56,971 bases of DNA from Erythrobacter sp. (GCA_030065195.1 JASJDE010000004.1:1-56971); one strand, 5' to 3'. Positions 37,033-49,822 are shown, counted from the first letter of the stretch. Program-made: numbers and translations. Notes: generated by a model from the letters alone, not told the origin.

Positions 37033-37509
37033 TTAGATCAGGCGCTTTTCCATCGCGTAATTGTAAATGGCTACGCCGTCGATTTCGAAGTCGCGGCGGT
37101 GCTGCATTCGGTATTCCGCCCGTTCGAAAGCGGGCCGGGCAAGTTCGCTCGCTTCGGTGTAGAGGCGGTGGATGCCCAAAGACCGGGCGTGACGTTCCGC
37201 GGTGTGGAGCAACTCGTCCGCCAAGCCCTTCCGCGTGTGGTCCGGGTGGCAATAGAGCATGTCGAGATGCCCGTCCGGTTCCAGCAGCGAGTAGGCTACG
37301 GCAAGGTCCCGCGCATCGGCAGCGACGAATATCGTCGCCCCGGCCTCATCCCGTTCACGGAATCGTTGAGGTCCGGGATGCCGGGCAGCCCACGCTTCCG
37401 CTTGTTCGGGCGTATAGGACTTTGGCCCGATTGCCTTGATCGCCGCGAGCGTCAGTTCAGCGAGAACGGGAGCATCTTCTGTACGAAAGAGGCGGATGGC
37501 ATAGGCCAT
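37033..37509 (-). CDS. GNAT N-acetyltransferase (YafP-like)
   Basis: HLDMLYCHPDHTRKG and EASELARPAFE motifs. Confidence 0.85.
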   Translation of the reverse strand: MAYAIRLFRTEDAPVLAELTLAAIKAIGPKSYTPEQAEAWAARHPGPQRFRERDEAGATIFVAADARDLAVAYSLLEPDGHLDMLYCHPDHTRKGLADELLHTAERHARSLGIHRLYTEASELARPAFERAEYRMQHRRDFEIDGVAIYNYAMEKRLI

Positions 37510-37517
37510 CGCGAAGA

Positions 37518-37748
37518 CTACTCGTCCGGTGTCAGCAGCTTGTGGATATGGACCACGACATACTTCATCTCGGCATCATCGACTGTGCGCTGAGCCTGTG
37601 CCCGCCATGCATCCACCGCAGCATCGTAGGAACTGTAGACGCCGACCACGTGTACGCTTTCGGGGTCCTGAAATTCATGTCCACGCGGATCTGTGACGCG
37701 GCCGCCCATGACGAGATGAAGTCGCTGCGACGGTGTTGTTTCTTCCAT
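37518..37748 (-). CDS. DUF4170 family protein
   Basis: LHLVMGG and AWRAQAQRTVDDA motifs. Confidence 0.8.
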   Translation of the reverse strand: MEETTPSQRLHLVMGGRVTDPRGHEFQDPESVHVVGVYSSYDAAVDAWRAQAQRTVDDAEMKYVVVHIHKLLTPDE

Positions 37749-37819
37749 TGCCTTGAACCCCTGGGGAGAATTGATGCCGCGCCTTTACCGCAACGCCGGC
37801 GCGGAGCAAGTCCGGAAAG

Positions 37820-38395
37820 TCAATTGCTGACGCGATCCTTCAGGTCACGAACTGCTCGTTCTGCCTTGCGTCGGGTTCGCCGGGCCATTGTCTTCGTTTT
37901 GTCTGCGGCGGTCCCGGCGAGATAGTCGGCGTCGCGCCGCATCTCGCGCGATTTCGCTGCAGCGTCGTCGCTCAAGTCTTCAAGCTTCTCGCGCCCCGTC
38001 CGTGCGCTGTCGAGCGCATCGTCGATCAGCTTGATCCCGTAGGCCACCAGCGCATCGGCCAGCAACGTCCCGAATGCCGATCCGCGCGCCTTGGCGGCAT
38101 TGCCGACGCTCCGGGCTGCACCGGTGGCCGCTCCGCTAACGGCTCCTGCTGCACCGGTGGCGGCGTTCCTTGCCGCTCTTCGGCCAGGCCTGGTGAGCAT
38201 CCCGACGACAAGACCAAGAGCAATTGCTCCGCCCAGGACGGTGAAGGGGTTCTCTTTGACATAGGTCGTTGCCGCCCCAGCTGTTTCCTTGGCTTGGTCG
38301 GCAACACTCCGCTCCGCAATGCGCCGTTCGCTTGCTTCGATCTTGGCACGCAATTCATCGCGCTTGCCGGCAGGTGTGGGGGCATTATCCGTCAT
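37820..38395 (-). CDS. Hypothetical protein (DUF883/YqjD-like motif)
   Basis: YVKENPFTVLGGAIALGLVVG. Confidence 0.65.
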   Translation of the reverse strand: MTDNAPTPAGKRDELRAKIEASERRIAERSVADQAKETAGAATTYVKENPFTVLGGAIALGLVVGMLTRPGRRAARNAATGAAGAVSGAATGAARSVGNAAKARGSAFGTLLADALVAYGIKLIDDALDSARTGREKLEDLSDDAAAKSREMRRDADYLAGTAADKTKTMARRTRRKAERAVRDLKDRVSN

Positions 38396-38780
38396 TGTCG
38401 TCTCCGAATGCGGGCTGGGCTACGTCGCTTTCCAACTCCGCAGATTCACGTGAGTCTGCAGGGATATCGTCATCGGTCTCTGCCGTAGCACCACTGGCGT
38501 CTTCGGGAGTGATCCCAAAGATCTCAAGGATGGGTTCGCGCGCGAAGAACAGGACGATCGCACCGACCAGGGCGGCAAGGATCCCGCGATTGTCGTCGGC
38601 GTGCCCCTTGGCGACCTCGAACACATCCTTGGCGCCATCCCCGACCCGACTGCCAATCCGGGCCGCAATTCCCTTTCCGGAAATGCTGTTTCGAGCGTGT
38701 TCGATGTCGGCCATCAACACATCGCGAGCGGCGTCGCGCAAGGCGCGATCTTCGACGAATTGTTGCGGAAGCTTGGTCAT
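38385..38780 (-). CDS. Hypothetical membrane-anchored protein
   Basis: Overlaps both neighbours; single TM segment. Confidence 0.65.
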   Translation of the reverse strand: MTKLPQQFVEDRALRDAARDVLMADIEHARNSISGKGIAARIGSRVGDGAKDVFEVAKGHADDNRGILAALVGAIVLFFAREPILEIFGITPEDASGATAETDDDIPADSRESAELESDVAQPAFGDDNDG

Positions 38781-39229
38781 GCCGCCTCGTCATCGGACGC
38801 TTTCGCGAACAACGCTCCCAGGAGTTTCCCGTGCGAATAGGCACTGTACCCCAGCAGGCCGACCAAAAGCAGCAGCCCGCCCACGACGATGGCAATGGCA
38901 CCCCAAATCGTCACCAGCGGCGCGAGGGCCATCACAAGACCCACAGCCAAGGCGAGGAAAGCGATGTGCAGCAGGATGATCGCGACGACGACGAGCGCCA
39001 GCGCAATCCCGACGCTTCGACCGGCAAGTGCAGCGCGTCCCTTCTGGAACGCAAGCTCGGCTTCCGCGTAGGTCTTGCCGTCATCGATCAGCGCCGCGAG
39101 CTCTTCGACCAGGGATTCGTCGAATTCGGCCTGGCTTTCGGCGGTTGCATCCTGTTTTTCCGTGGGAATGGGGGCAAGAGGGTCCGCAGCTTCGTCCTGC
39201 GACCCTTCAGGCCCTGTCCCCTCCAACAT
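38777..39229 (-). CDS. YqjE / phage holin superfamily III-like membrane protein
   Basis: AEAELAFQK followed by two TM segments. Confidence 0.75.
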   Translation of the reverse strand: MLEGTGPEGSQDEAADPLAPIPTEKQDATAESQAEFDESLVEELAALIDDGKTYAEAELAFQKGRAALAGRSVGIALALVVVAIILLHIAFLALAVGLVMALAPLVTIWGAIAIVVGGLLLLVGLLGYSAYSHGKLLGALFAKASDDEAA

Positions 39230-39250
39230 CCGATAGTCCCCGTTGCGCGC

Positions 39251-39832
39251 CTAGCTGCGCGGTCCGCGAAGCATGCGCGCGAGCAGGAAGCCGGCCACTG
39301 CGGCAATTCCCACCGCCACGCCTGGGCTCTTGCGAACGAATTCGCGGGCATCTTCGCCGAGCTCTTCGACGCTCTTGGCTTCGAGCGATGCCGAGGTTTC
39401 GGCAAGGCTGCGCGACGCTTTGCGCGCATAGTCGCCATATTGCTCACCGAAGCGTTCATCGATCTGCTCCGCAGTATCGCCGACGACCTTGCCAAGTGAA
39501 GCGATACCGTCGCTCACAGCGCTCTTGCTGTCGGTTGCGAGCTCGCCGGCGCGAGTCTTGGCCTTCTCGCCGTAGACCTTGGCTTCCGCCATGAGATCGT
39601 CGCTGCGACTCCCGGCTTCGGCGCGCAGTGCGGCTGCGCCGGACTTGGCTTCTTCGAGAGCAGTGTTGAAACGGCTCTTGGCTTCGCTGGCACCGCTTGC
39701 CTCTTCCGCAGGCTTGGAAGTCGCCGCAGTCTTTTTCGGAGCGGCCTTCTTTGCGGCGGTCGACTTGGTCGTGCCGCCCTTGGCCGGACTGGCTGGGGTC
39801 TTGGTGCTCTTCGTGCTTTTGGTTTCTGCCAT
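39251..39832 (-). CDS. DUF883/ElaB/YqjD-like tail-anchored protein
   Basis: Lys/Ala/Thr-rich N-terminus; FVRKSPGVAVGIAAVAGFLLAR tail. Confidence 0.75.
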   Translation of the reverse strand: MAETKSTKSTKTPASPAKGGTTKSTAAKKAAPKKTAATSKPAEEASGASEAKSRFNTALEEAKSGAAALRAEAGSRSDDLMAEAKVYGEKAKTRAGELATDSKSAVSDGIASLGKVVGDTAEQIDERFGEQYGDYARKASRSLAETSASLEAKSVEELGEDAREFVRKSPGVAVGIAAVAGFLLARMLRGPRS

Positions 39833-39937
39833 GATTCTCGCTTCTGTCCTCCGAATGCGTGGTTTTCCAGTCAGAAATCGTATTCACGCCGTTAGCGGCG
39901 CGCACGCATGCTTGCGCCGTAAACATGCTGCGCATAG

Positions 39938-41293
<1,356 letters not shown>

Positions 41294-41387
41294 TTGTGCC
41301 GGTGCCGCGCGCATCGAAGGGTGCGCCTGAGCACACTCTCCTGTCAGGGGGCGAAAGAGAGGGGCTCAGGCGCTGACAGCGCTCGGC

Positions 41388-41978
41388 TCAATGAGAGCCA
41401 TCGACGCTGGCAAAGTAGCGATCCATCGCCGCAACCCCGAATTCGGTGAGCCTGACCAGAACGCGGCGTTGATCGTTCGGGTCCTGTTCGCGAACCACGA
41501 GTTCGTTTTCGGCGAGGACACCGAGCCATCGCAAGCCGGTCGTTGGCGGTGAGGCCGACCCGATGCAGGCACTCGATACGGACACGGCCTTCTCTTCGAC
41601 GAGCGCGATGTAGAGATCGAGAAGGATATCCCAGGCAGGTTCGCCGAATAGCTCTGAATTGCCGAATATGGCGCCGCGCTGACGCCTTCTGGCGTAGGTC
41701 TCGCGCGCCAGTTGGGCATATCTGCTGCGGGAGCTCAACCCTTCGGCTGGCAGCGACCGCATCGAGGATTTATCGGCAATAGGGTTGGCACCGGGATCCG
41801 GCGGCGTCTGGTCCAATTGGAACTCACCTTCGCGAAGCTGCCTGGCGATCGCCATCAATTGATCCGCGAAAGGTTTCAAATCCTGCATTGCGCCCAGATC
41901 AGGGTGCGGCTGCGAGCTGGGTGCGTTTGAGGAGCTCTTTCGAGGAATATCGGGAGATCCCGTTTCATCCATATTCAT
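41388..41978 (-). CDS. MarR-like winged-helix protein
   Basis: LFGEPAWDILLDLY, TTGLRWL and DQRRVLVRLT motifs; start uncertain. Confidence 0.8.
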   Translation of the reverse strand: MNMDETGSPDIPRKSSSNAPSSQPHPDLGAMQDLKPFADQLMAIARQLREGEFQLDQTPPDPGANPIADKSSMRSLPAEGLSSRSRYAQLARETYARRRQRGAIFGNSELFGEPAWDILLDLYIALVEEKAVSVSSACIGSASPPTTGLRWLGVLAENELVVREQDPNDQRRVLVRLTEFGVAAMDRYFASVDGSH

Positions 41979-42176
41979 GATCGGAGAACCGCTTCGATCA
42001 TCTCGCCCCTCACCGGGGCACGAGTTCTCAATTTGTGCTCGAATGGCATTTTGCACACCAGAGTCGCGACCTCCCGTTGAGCGGTGCGACCGGTGCTTCA
42101 TGCAACACCAATTGCCCAAGGTTCGCCCCGCGCCATCCGTATTAGCGCTAAGGTTTTGGCTTGGCTTTACGTGGGA

Positions 42177-42368
42177 TTACGGATGTGGAGCGTGTCTTGT
42201 GGTCCGTTCGGTGGCTTGATCGAGCCGCAATTGCTGGATTGCGGCGTCGAGATGGGCCGCTGCGATACCCGCCCCCAATCTGTCAAGCTGCGCCAATTGA
42301 TGCTCCAGTACAGCGAGGATAGCGGCCACATTCACGTCGCCTGCTCCTCGGGCCGTTCCCTCAGTCAA
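42177..42368 (-). CDS. Small helical hypothetical protein
   Basis: LAQLDRLGAGIAAAHLDAAI amphipathic hairpin; start uncertain. Confidence 0.45.
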   Translation of the reverse strand: MTEGTARGAGDVNVAAILAVLEHQLAQLDRLGAGIAAAHLDAAIQQLRLDQATERTTRHAPHP

Positions 42369-42532
42369 TCTGTTTTCCCCAACTCATTCTTTTTTCCCGC
42401 CCTTTTAATGCGGCGGGTACCCGCCCCGACGGGTTGTCCAGACTTATCAGCCTAACACCTTATGCAAATCTACAGAGGGAAAATACGTAGTTTCAAGGCG
42501 AAGGAGGCAAACAGTGTCTCGAATTGGGATCG

Positions 42533-42955
42533 CTACCGGTCGAAACGAATGGCCAGGTCGAGCAATGCCAGCGCCGCCTTTGCCGCCTCTCCGCCTTTGT
42601 CCTTCTGCGCGGGATCCGCTCGAACCAGAGCCTGCTCTTCGTTTTCGGTGGTGATAATGCCGTTGCCGATGGCGATCCCGTCCATCGTTAGGGCCATGAT
42701 CGCCCGGGCGCTTTCGCCAGCAACGATTTCGAAATGATAGGTCTCTCCGCGAATGACGACGCCGATTGCAACAAAGCAATCGTAGTCGCCGCTTTCGGCA
42801 GCCAAGGCGATAGCACCAGGAACTTCGAGCGCGCCTGGGACGGTGAGTACCTCGGCCGTATGGCCCGCCGCTTCAACCGCCGCTTTCGCACCGGCTATGA
42901 GCATATCGTTGAGGTGAGCGTAGAACCGAGCTTCGACAATCAGGATTCGGGCCAT
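42533..42955 (-). CDS. ribH: 6,7-dimethyl-8-ribityllumazine synthase
   Basis: [17 protein letters not shown] and KGGEAA motifs. Confidence 0.97.
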   Translation of the reverse strand: MARILIVEARFYAHLNDMLIAGAKAAVEAAGHTAEVLTVPGALEVPGAIALAAESGDYDCFVAIGVVIRGETYHFEIVAGESARAIMALTMDGIAIGNGIITTENEEQALVRADPAQKDKGGEAAKAALALLDLAIRFDR

Positions 42956-42962
42956 GTTTGGG

Positions 42963-44213
<1,251 letters not shown>

Positions 44214-44219
44214 GCAATC

Positions 44220-44247
44220 AATGTATCACATCATAATGTGATTTCAA
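44220..44247 (-). promoter_or_regulatory. Putative leaderless sigma70 promoter of ribB with palindromic operator
   Basis: Minus strand reads TTGAAA-N16-TACATT-N6-ATG; ATCACAT-cata-ATGTGAT at 44225-44242. Confidence 0.6.
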
Positions 44248-44412
44248 GCCATTTGCTTTGCGATGCCCCCTCTGCTGTTCGGACATCAAAAATCTCTGGT
44301 CTTGGTTCAGGATCGGATGATCCGGGTTTCAGGAAATTCTCGCTGAGTCGATCGAAGGCAGGTCAAACCCCGGCCAACGCAAACATCGGAAAAGTCTCAT
44401 CGGGAGCGGAGA

Positions 44413-45075
44413 ATGGCAAATTACGATCAGCGCCTGCACAAGGAAACTCTCAAGATCTATGAAGAAATGAGTTCGCAAGGAGGGGTTCTGAAGACCAACA
44501 AAGACTACAGGTGGTTCTTCACCAACTCGCACGCATACATCACCCGACAGATCCACAGACACATTAACCTGTTCAAGAAACCCAACGATCTGATGCGATT
44601 GAACAGCCTGTTTGCGCGGGATTTCCTGAGGTCGTTCAAGACGCCGCATGGTCGCTGGAAGGACGCCTATGAGGTGTGCGCGGGATACAAGGATGCGCGC
44701 GAAGCCGGCTTCCTATCGATGTTGAGGTACGATTCCTTTTCCTACGAAGGTTGCGCCGCGTGCATGGCGCAGGTGCATATCACCCAGGATTTGCGGAAGG
44801 CCCTGCAGCAGGAGAGGGGGGTTTCCGAAGTGGATTATGGAAACGTCCTGGTGTTTGTGAACGAGGGGCATTTCTATTCTACAAAACTGTTGTTCGGCAC
44901 CGGTCCGGCAGCGCTCAGGATTACAGGCCAGCTTCCCATCATCAACTTTCTCGGCACCACGGCCGAGCGATGGAGGAACGAAGCATGGCGATCGGTAATG
45001 AAGACGAACGTTCCTAAGCCGACAAAGGACTTCACGACCAGGTACTACAAGGCTGAGAATCGACCGGGATACTAA
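44413..45075 (+). CDS. Hypothetical protein, DUF5995-like
   Basis: F..Y..IT, FARDFL and MAQVHITQDL pattern. Confidence 0.6.
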   Translation: MANYDQRLHKETLKIYEEMSSQGGVLKTNKDYRWFFTNSHAYITRQIHRHINLFKKPNDLMRLNSLFARDFLRSFKTPHGRWKDAYEVCAGYKDAREAGFLSMLRYDSFSYEGCAACMAQVHITQDLRKALQQERGVSEVDYGNVLVFVNEGHFYSTKLLFGTGPAALRITGQLPIINFLGTTAERWRNEAWRSVMKTNVPKPTKDFTTRYYKAENRPGY

Positions 45076-45154
45076 TCGTGTTGGGTCAGAACCCTTGGCA
45101 AGCGCGGTTGTCCCGTGACAGCGGTGATCTGATCGATTGCAACAGGGAAATGCG

Positions 45155-45230
<76 letters not shown>

Positions 45231-45334
45231 ACTCCGATTGAGGCATCGGATCGTCCGATCAAGGGGCGCCGTCCAAGACGGCCCGAATCAGGCGAGGCGC
45301 TGCATATAGCGCGCATTCTCCGGATTGAAAGAGC

Positions 45335-45673
45335 CTATGCTGCATTGCAGCGAAAGCCGCGCTCCAAATTGCGTCGCAACTTGTCGGTCGAGGTCACCTG
45401 GGAATCGAGTTTGTCGTGAAGGTTTTCCTTGATCTGAACCAGGCCGAGGCTTTCCAGCTCGGCTACCGCCTTCAGGGCAGCAGGCTGGGTTAGGGGGGCG
45501 ATCGCATGCAATTGGCGCAGAGTCGTGTCGAGGCCTTCGCTCTCGCGACCCGAAATCGCCTCGGCCAGCATGGCAGCCCGCACCAAGGCGGACTGGTCCA
45601 TGTCGGTTTCGCCCGCCGGACGGGCGTTCATTACCTTGAGCAGCCAGTGCCTGATCGCTGAAAAGCGAACCAT
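45335..45673 (-). CDS. Hypothetical protein, possible winged helix
   Basis: TLRQLH...AVAELESLGLVQI pattern; start uncertain. Confidence 0.55.
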   Translation of the reverse strand: MVRFSAIRHWLLKVMNARPAGETDMDQSALVRAAMLAEAISGRESEGLDTTLRQLHAIAPLTQPAALKAVAELESLGLVQIKENLHDKLDSQVTSTDKLRRNLERGFRCNAA

Positions 45674-45891
45674 CGAAGCCTCCAATAGGAATATCGGTGC
45701 CTGACGACGGACCAGCGCTTGGGTGCCAATCGTCGTCAGGACTTGCGCGTCCAACTATTCCTGCGGTGTGGGTCTTGCAGGATACGACCCGAACGCGGGC
45801 GCTTTTGTGAGCAACCGCACATCTTTTCGCATGAGGTGACGTTTACGGAAAGTCGCCCAGTTGGGGGACCTGTGTTACTCTATTTAACATT

Positions 45892-46602
45892 ATGCAGCGT
45901 CACTTCGGCCGTATCGAGGCTCTGAACGATATCGGAGACGTCCTCCGATACGCTGCCGATGTGTGTATCGAGCAGAAGGTGATGCGATACAGCTACCACT
46001 TCACGCCTCTGTTCGATGCGGCGAATTCTCCCCGGACCGCGGTGATTGCCGAAGGATTCGATCCGGAATGGCTGGCCCTGTATGAAGATTCCGATTTTCG
46101 GTCATGCGATCCCATTCCGGAAAGGATCATGAGTCACGGTGCAATGCTGACATGGCAAGACGCAATGCAGGCTGGCCCGAACTCGCCGGATAACCTGCGC
46201 TATTTCGAAGCCATGCGCGAACACGGATTGATCCACGGCTTCGGCATCCCGCTTTTCGGACCGCGGGGACGAAACGCCTATGCGTCGTTCGACTACGATC
46301 GACCGGTGAGCGAGATCGATCCCGTATCCTTGGGAATTGTGCGCACCGTTCCGCAAGCCGCGCATCAGCGCGTGTGCGTGCTGCTCGAATCCAGCCGGGA
46401 TCGTCCGGAATTGTCTGAGCGTGAGCAGGAAGTCATAACGTGGGTGTCGCGCGGGAAATCGCTCAGCGCGATTGCTACCATCCTCGATTTGTCGCCCGAT
46501 ACCGTCAAGACCTACACCAAGCGGATATACGCCAAGCTAGACGCATCCGATCGGGTCGGAGCCACCGTAAAGGCCCTGAAACTGGGACTCGTCAAAGTCT
46601 AG
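45892..46602 (+). CDS. LuxR family regulator with autoinducer-binding domain
   Basis: WLALY, DPI, LTW and HGFG motifs; C-terminal LSEREQEV...GKS..IA HTH. Confidence 0.9.
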   Translation: MQRHFGRIEALNDIGDVLRYAADVCIEQKVMRYSYHFTPLFDAANSPRTAVIAEGFDPEWLALYEDSDFRSCDPIPERIMSHGAMLTWQDAMQAGPNSPDNLRYFEAMREHGLIHGFGIPLFGPRGRNAYASFDYDRPVSEIDPVSLGIVRTVPQAAHQRVCVLLESSRDRPELSEREQEVITWVSRGKSLSAIATILDLSPDTVKTYTKRIYAKLDASDRVGATVKALKLGLVKV

Positions 46603-46604
46603 CG

Positions 46605-47723
46605 TCAGCTCGCCAATCCTCCGCGCGGGGCGTTGCGGTTCCAACGATTGACCATCATCAGCGCTCCGATGCAGATCATGTTGGTGAGCATCGAAGAGCC
46701 TCCGTGGCTCATGAAGGGGAGGGGTATGCCGACGACAGGCGCCATGCCCATCACCATCAGAAGGTTTACGGCAATGTAGAAGAATATCGTCGCCACCATC
46801 CCGGCGGCGAGCAGGCTGGCAAAGCGATCGCGGGATTCGCGGGCGACTTTCAAGCCCCAGCGGAGGATGATGCTGAACACGGCGATCACGAACAATCCCC
46901 CGGCCAGGCCCCATTCCTCCGCCATCGTCGCGAACACGAAATCGGTGTGCGGCTCGGGCAGGTAATTGAGATGGCTTTGCGAACCGTTGTTGAAGCCTTT
47001 GCCGAATAGCCCGCCCGATCCGATCGCGATCTTGGATTGGGTGATGTGATAGCCGGCGCCCAGTGCGTCTGCCTCCGGGTCGAACATCGTCAGGACGCGC
47101 TGTTGCTGGTACTCTTTCAGACCGAAAAAGAAGGCGAGGGGCGCAGCCACGACCGCTCCAACGCCGCCAATGACAAACCAGCGCATCGGCAGGCCGGCCA
47201 GCAGCATCACAACCGCTCCCCCGAAGGCGATCGCCAGCGAGGTGCCGAGATCCGGTTGCAAAAGAACGAATGCGACCGGCAAGGCGATCAGGGCGGCGGG
47301 TACAAGCAAGGCCCGCCAACTGGTGATCAGTCCGACGGGCAAAGTCGAATAGAATTGCGCCAGAGTTACCACGATCACCGGCTTCATCAGCTCCGACGGT
47401 TGAAGCACCATGAAACCCAGATCGAGCCAGCGCTGGCTGCCCCCTCGCAGGGCGCCCATCGCCTCTACCGCCACCAGCATGAGGAGGACGACGATATAGG
47501 CGGGGTATGTCATCAACCGCACGAATTCGCGTGGCAGCGATGCGATGATTGCGGCCATTACGAGAAAGACGGAGAACCGGATGAGGTGCGACGTTGCGAA
47601 TGGTTGCATCGATCCGCCGGCCGCCGAATAGAGAACCGCTGCCCCGAATGCGACGAGCAGGAGTAGCGGGATAAGCATACCCCAGGGTTGCCGAGCGATG
47701 GGAGCGGGGACGACGCTGCTCAT
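46605..47723 (-). CDS. rodA: Rod shape-determining protein RodA
   Basis: QPSELMK, LQPDLGT, LPEPHTDF and PFMSHGGSS motifs. Confidence 0.96.
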   Translation of the reverse strand: MSSVVPAPIARQPWGMLIPLLLLVAFGAAVLYSAAGGSMQPFATSHLIRFSVFLVMAAIIASLPREFVRLMTYPAYIVVLLMLVAVEAMGALRGGSQRWLDLGFMVLQPSELMKPVIVVTLAQFYSTLPVGLITSWRALLVPAALIALPVAFVLLQPDLGTSLAIAFGGAVVMLLAGLPMRWFVIGGVGAVVAAPLAFFFGLKEYQQQRVLTMFDPEADALGAGYHITQSKIAIGSGGLFGKGFNNGSQSHLNYLPEPHTDFVFATMAEEWGLAGGLFVIAVFSIILRWGLKVARESRDRFASLLAAGMVATIFFYIAVNLLMVMGMAPVVGIPLPFMSHGGSSMLTNMICIGALMMVNRWNRNAPRGGLAS

Positions 47724-49822
47724 TCGTTCGCTCCTGTATCAGCGGCAGGGATACCCGCATCGGGTGGGGGAGAGCCCGCTGATGTCGGGTCTGCACGCGG
47801 CGCTACGAACTCGTCGGCGATTTCCTGCGACTGTTCGGCGGCAAGTCGCGCTTCCGCTTCGACGCGGTCGAAAATGTCCTCGTCGCGCCGCGGCGGGGCG
47901 ATCACCGTTTCGCCCCTCTCGGCGGCATAGGCGGCATAGCGCGCTTCGAGCCGTTCCTGAGCGGTACCGCCCCATTGCTGCTCAAGCGCGCGCAGAGCTT
48001 CGAGGCCCTTTGCGGGATCGAACATGAACGTCATCACGTCGCGTGCAATCGGATAGGCCGCGCCCGAACCGCCGCCGTGCTCGATCACGACTGCACCGGC
48101 ATAACGCGGCTTGTCCACCGGTGCGAAGAAAGTGAAGAGCCCGTGATCGCGGTACTTCCACGGGCCGGAGCGCCCGTCCGATACGCTGAGCGAAACCACC
48201 TGCGCCGTCCCGGTCTTTCCGGCCATCTGGATGTCGGGGAAGGGCAGGCGACCGCGGCCGGCGGTGCCGGGGCCATTGACGACATCGCTCATAGCCTGAC
48301 GAACATAGGCAACGTGATCGTCGGGGAAGTCGACCTGGTCGAATCCCTTGGGAGGCGTGTTCATCGTCAGCCTTGGCATTACGTGCTTGCCGGTCGCAAG
48401 TCGCGCCGATGTCACCGCAAGCTGTAAGGGGCTGGCGAGGTAGTATCCCTGCCCGATCGAGGCATTGACGGTGTCGAACGGCTCCCAATCGCGCCCGAAC
48501 TTGTTGAGCTTCCAGTCGGGTGTGGGAACGGTGCCGTAAAACTGGCTGATCACTGGAAGAGGGAATTCCTCGCCCATGCCGGTGGTCCTGGCCATATCGG
48601 CAACCGCGTCGAAGCCGATTTGCTGCGCGAAGTGGTAGAAATAGCTGTCGCAGCTCTGATAGATGGCCTTGGCCATGTCGACCGTGCCGTGGTTGCTCCA
48701 GCAATTGAAGAAGCGGTTGCCGATCCTGCGCCCGCCTGCACAGGCGATCGTCTCATCGGGGCTGATTCCCGCCTTCAGGAATGCCATGCAATGCATCGGC
48801 TTCACGGTCGAGCCTGGCGGATAGAGACCTTTCAGAACCTTGTTGCGCAGCGGCACGCGCTGGTCTTCGCGCAACATGGCGTATTCGACACTGCCGATCC
48901 CGTCGGAAAAGCTGTTCGGATCGAAGCTCGGCATCGACGCCATGCACAGGATATCGCCGGATTCGCAGTCCATAACGACGACCGAGCCGCTTTCGAGGCC
49001 GATGCGGCGAGCGGCATAGTCCTGCAGCGGTCCGTCGATCGTAAGCCGGACAGGATCGCCCTGGATGTCTTCGCGAGTTTCAAGGTCGCGCACGATTCGT
49101 CCCGACGCAGTCACTTCGACGCGGCGCGCTCCGGGCACGCCGCGCAGTTCCTGCTCGAACTGCTTTTCGAGCCCGTCCTTCCCGATCTTGTAGCCGGGTG
49201 TGACGAGCAAGGGGTTGCGCTCTTCCTCGTCATATTCCTCGGCATTGGCCGGTCCGACATAGCCGATTAGGTGCCCAACCGAGCAGCCGGTGGGATAGAA
49301 GCGCGAAAACCCGCGCTGCGGGACCACTCCCTGCATGTCGGGAAGCCGGACGCTGAGCGCGGCGAATTCCTCGTAGTTGAGACCGCTGGCAACCTCGACC
49401 GGCTGGTATCCGCTGCTCGCTGCTATCGTGGTCTTAAGGTCGGCGATGCGCGCTGGATTGAGATTCAGCAGTGCGCCTATCTGGTCCACGGTTGCATCGG
49501 CATCGTTCAGCCGGCCGGGGATAACGTCGACCCGGAAATCCGCCCGGTTTGAAGCGAGAGGCGCGTCGTTGCGATCCAGTATCCAGCCCCTGCGTGGAGG
49601 GATCAGCGACAGATTGACCCGGTTGCTTTCGGATTCCAGCCGATACTTCTCGTTCTCCGCAATCGCGAGATAGCCCATTCGTGCGGCGAGCAGGACACCG
49701 ACCCCACCCTGCACGGTGCCGATTATGACGCTGCGCCGGTCGAATGTGTTCTTGAGTGTCGAAGCACTGATGATCGGACCGTTTCGCTTCGTGCCGTTCT
49801 TGCGGCCGAACCCCTTGCTCAC
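47720..49822 (-). CDS. mrdA: Penicillin-binding protein 2
   Basis: YPPGSTVK, SCD and KTGTAQ motifs; GTG start overlaps mreD stop. Confidence 0.95.
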   Translation of the reverse strand: MSKGFGRKNGTKRNGPIISASTLKNTFDRRSVIIGTVQGGVGVLLAARMGYLAIAENEKYRLESESNRVNLSLIPPRRGWILDRNDAPLASNRADFRVDVIPGRLNDADATVDQIGALLNLNPARIADLKTTIAASSGYQPVEVASGLNYEEFAALSVRLPDMQGVVPQRGFSRFYPTGCSVGHLIGYVGPANAEEYDEEERNPLLVTPGYKIGKDGLEKQFEQELRGVPGARRVEVTASGRIVRDLETREDIQGDPVRLTIDGPLQDYAARRIGLESGSVVVMDCESGDILCMASMPSFDPNSFSDGIGSVEYAMLREDQRVPLRNKVLKGLYPPGSTVKPMHCMAFLKAGISPDETIACAGGRRIGNRFFNCWSNHGTVDMAKAIYQSCDSYFYHFAQQIGFDAVADMARTTGMGEEFPLPVISQFYGTVPTPDWKLNKFGRDWEPFDTVNASIGQGYYLASPLQLAVTSARLATGKHVMPRLTMNTPPKGFDQVDFPDDHVAYVRQAMSDVVNGPGTAGRGRLPFPDIQMAGKTGTAQVVSLSVSDGRSGPWKYRDHGLFTFFAPVDKPRYAGAVVIEHGGGSGAAYPIARDVMTFMFDPAKGLEALRALEQQWGGTAQERLEARYAAYAAERGETVIAPPRRDEDIFDRVEAEARLAAEQSQEIADEFVAPRADPTSAGSPPPDAGIPAADTGANE

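Noticed and set aside
38777-39229. Holin-like gene as prophage evidence
   Set aside because: YqjE-type family in a cellular stress cluster; no endolysin or other phage genes nearby.
44214-44412. FMN riboswitch upstream of ribB
   Set aside because: No RFN consensus segments recognised, and the best promoter abuts the start codon.
45873-45889. Possible CtrA box before luxR
   Set aside because: Spacing does not fit TTAA-N7-TTAA; kept only as a generic palindrome.
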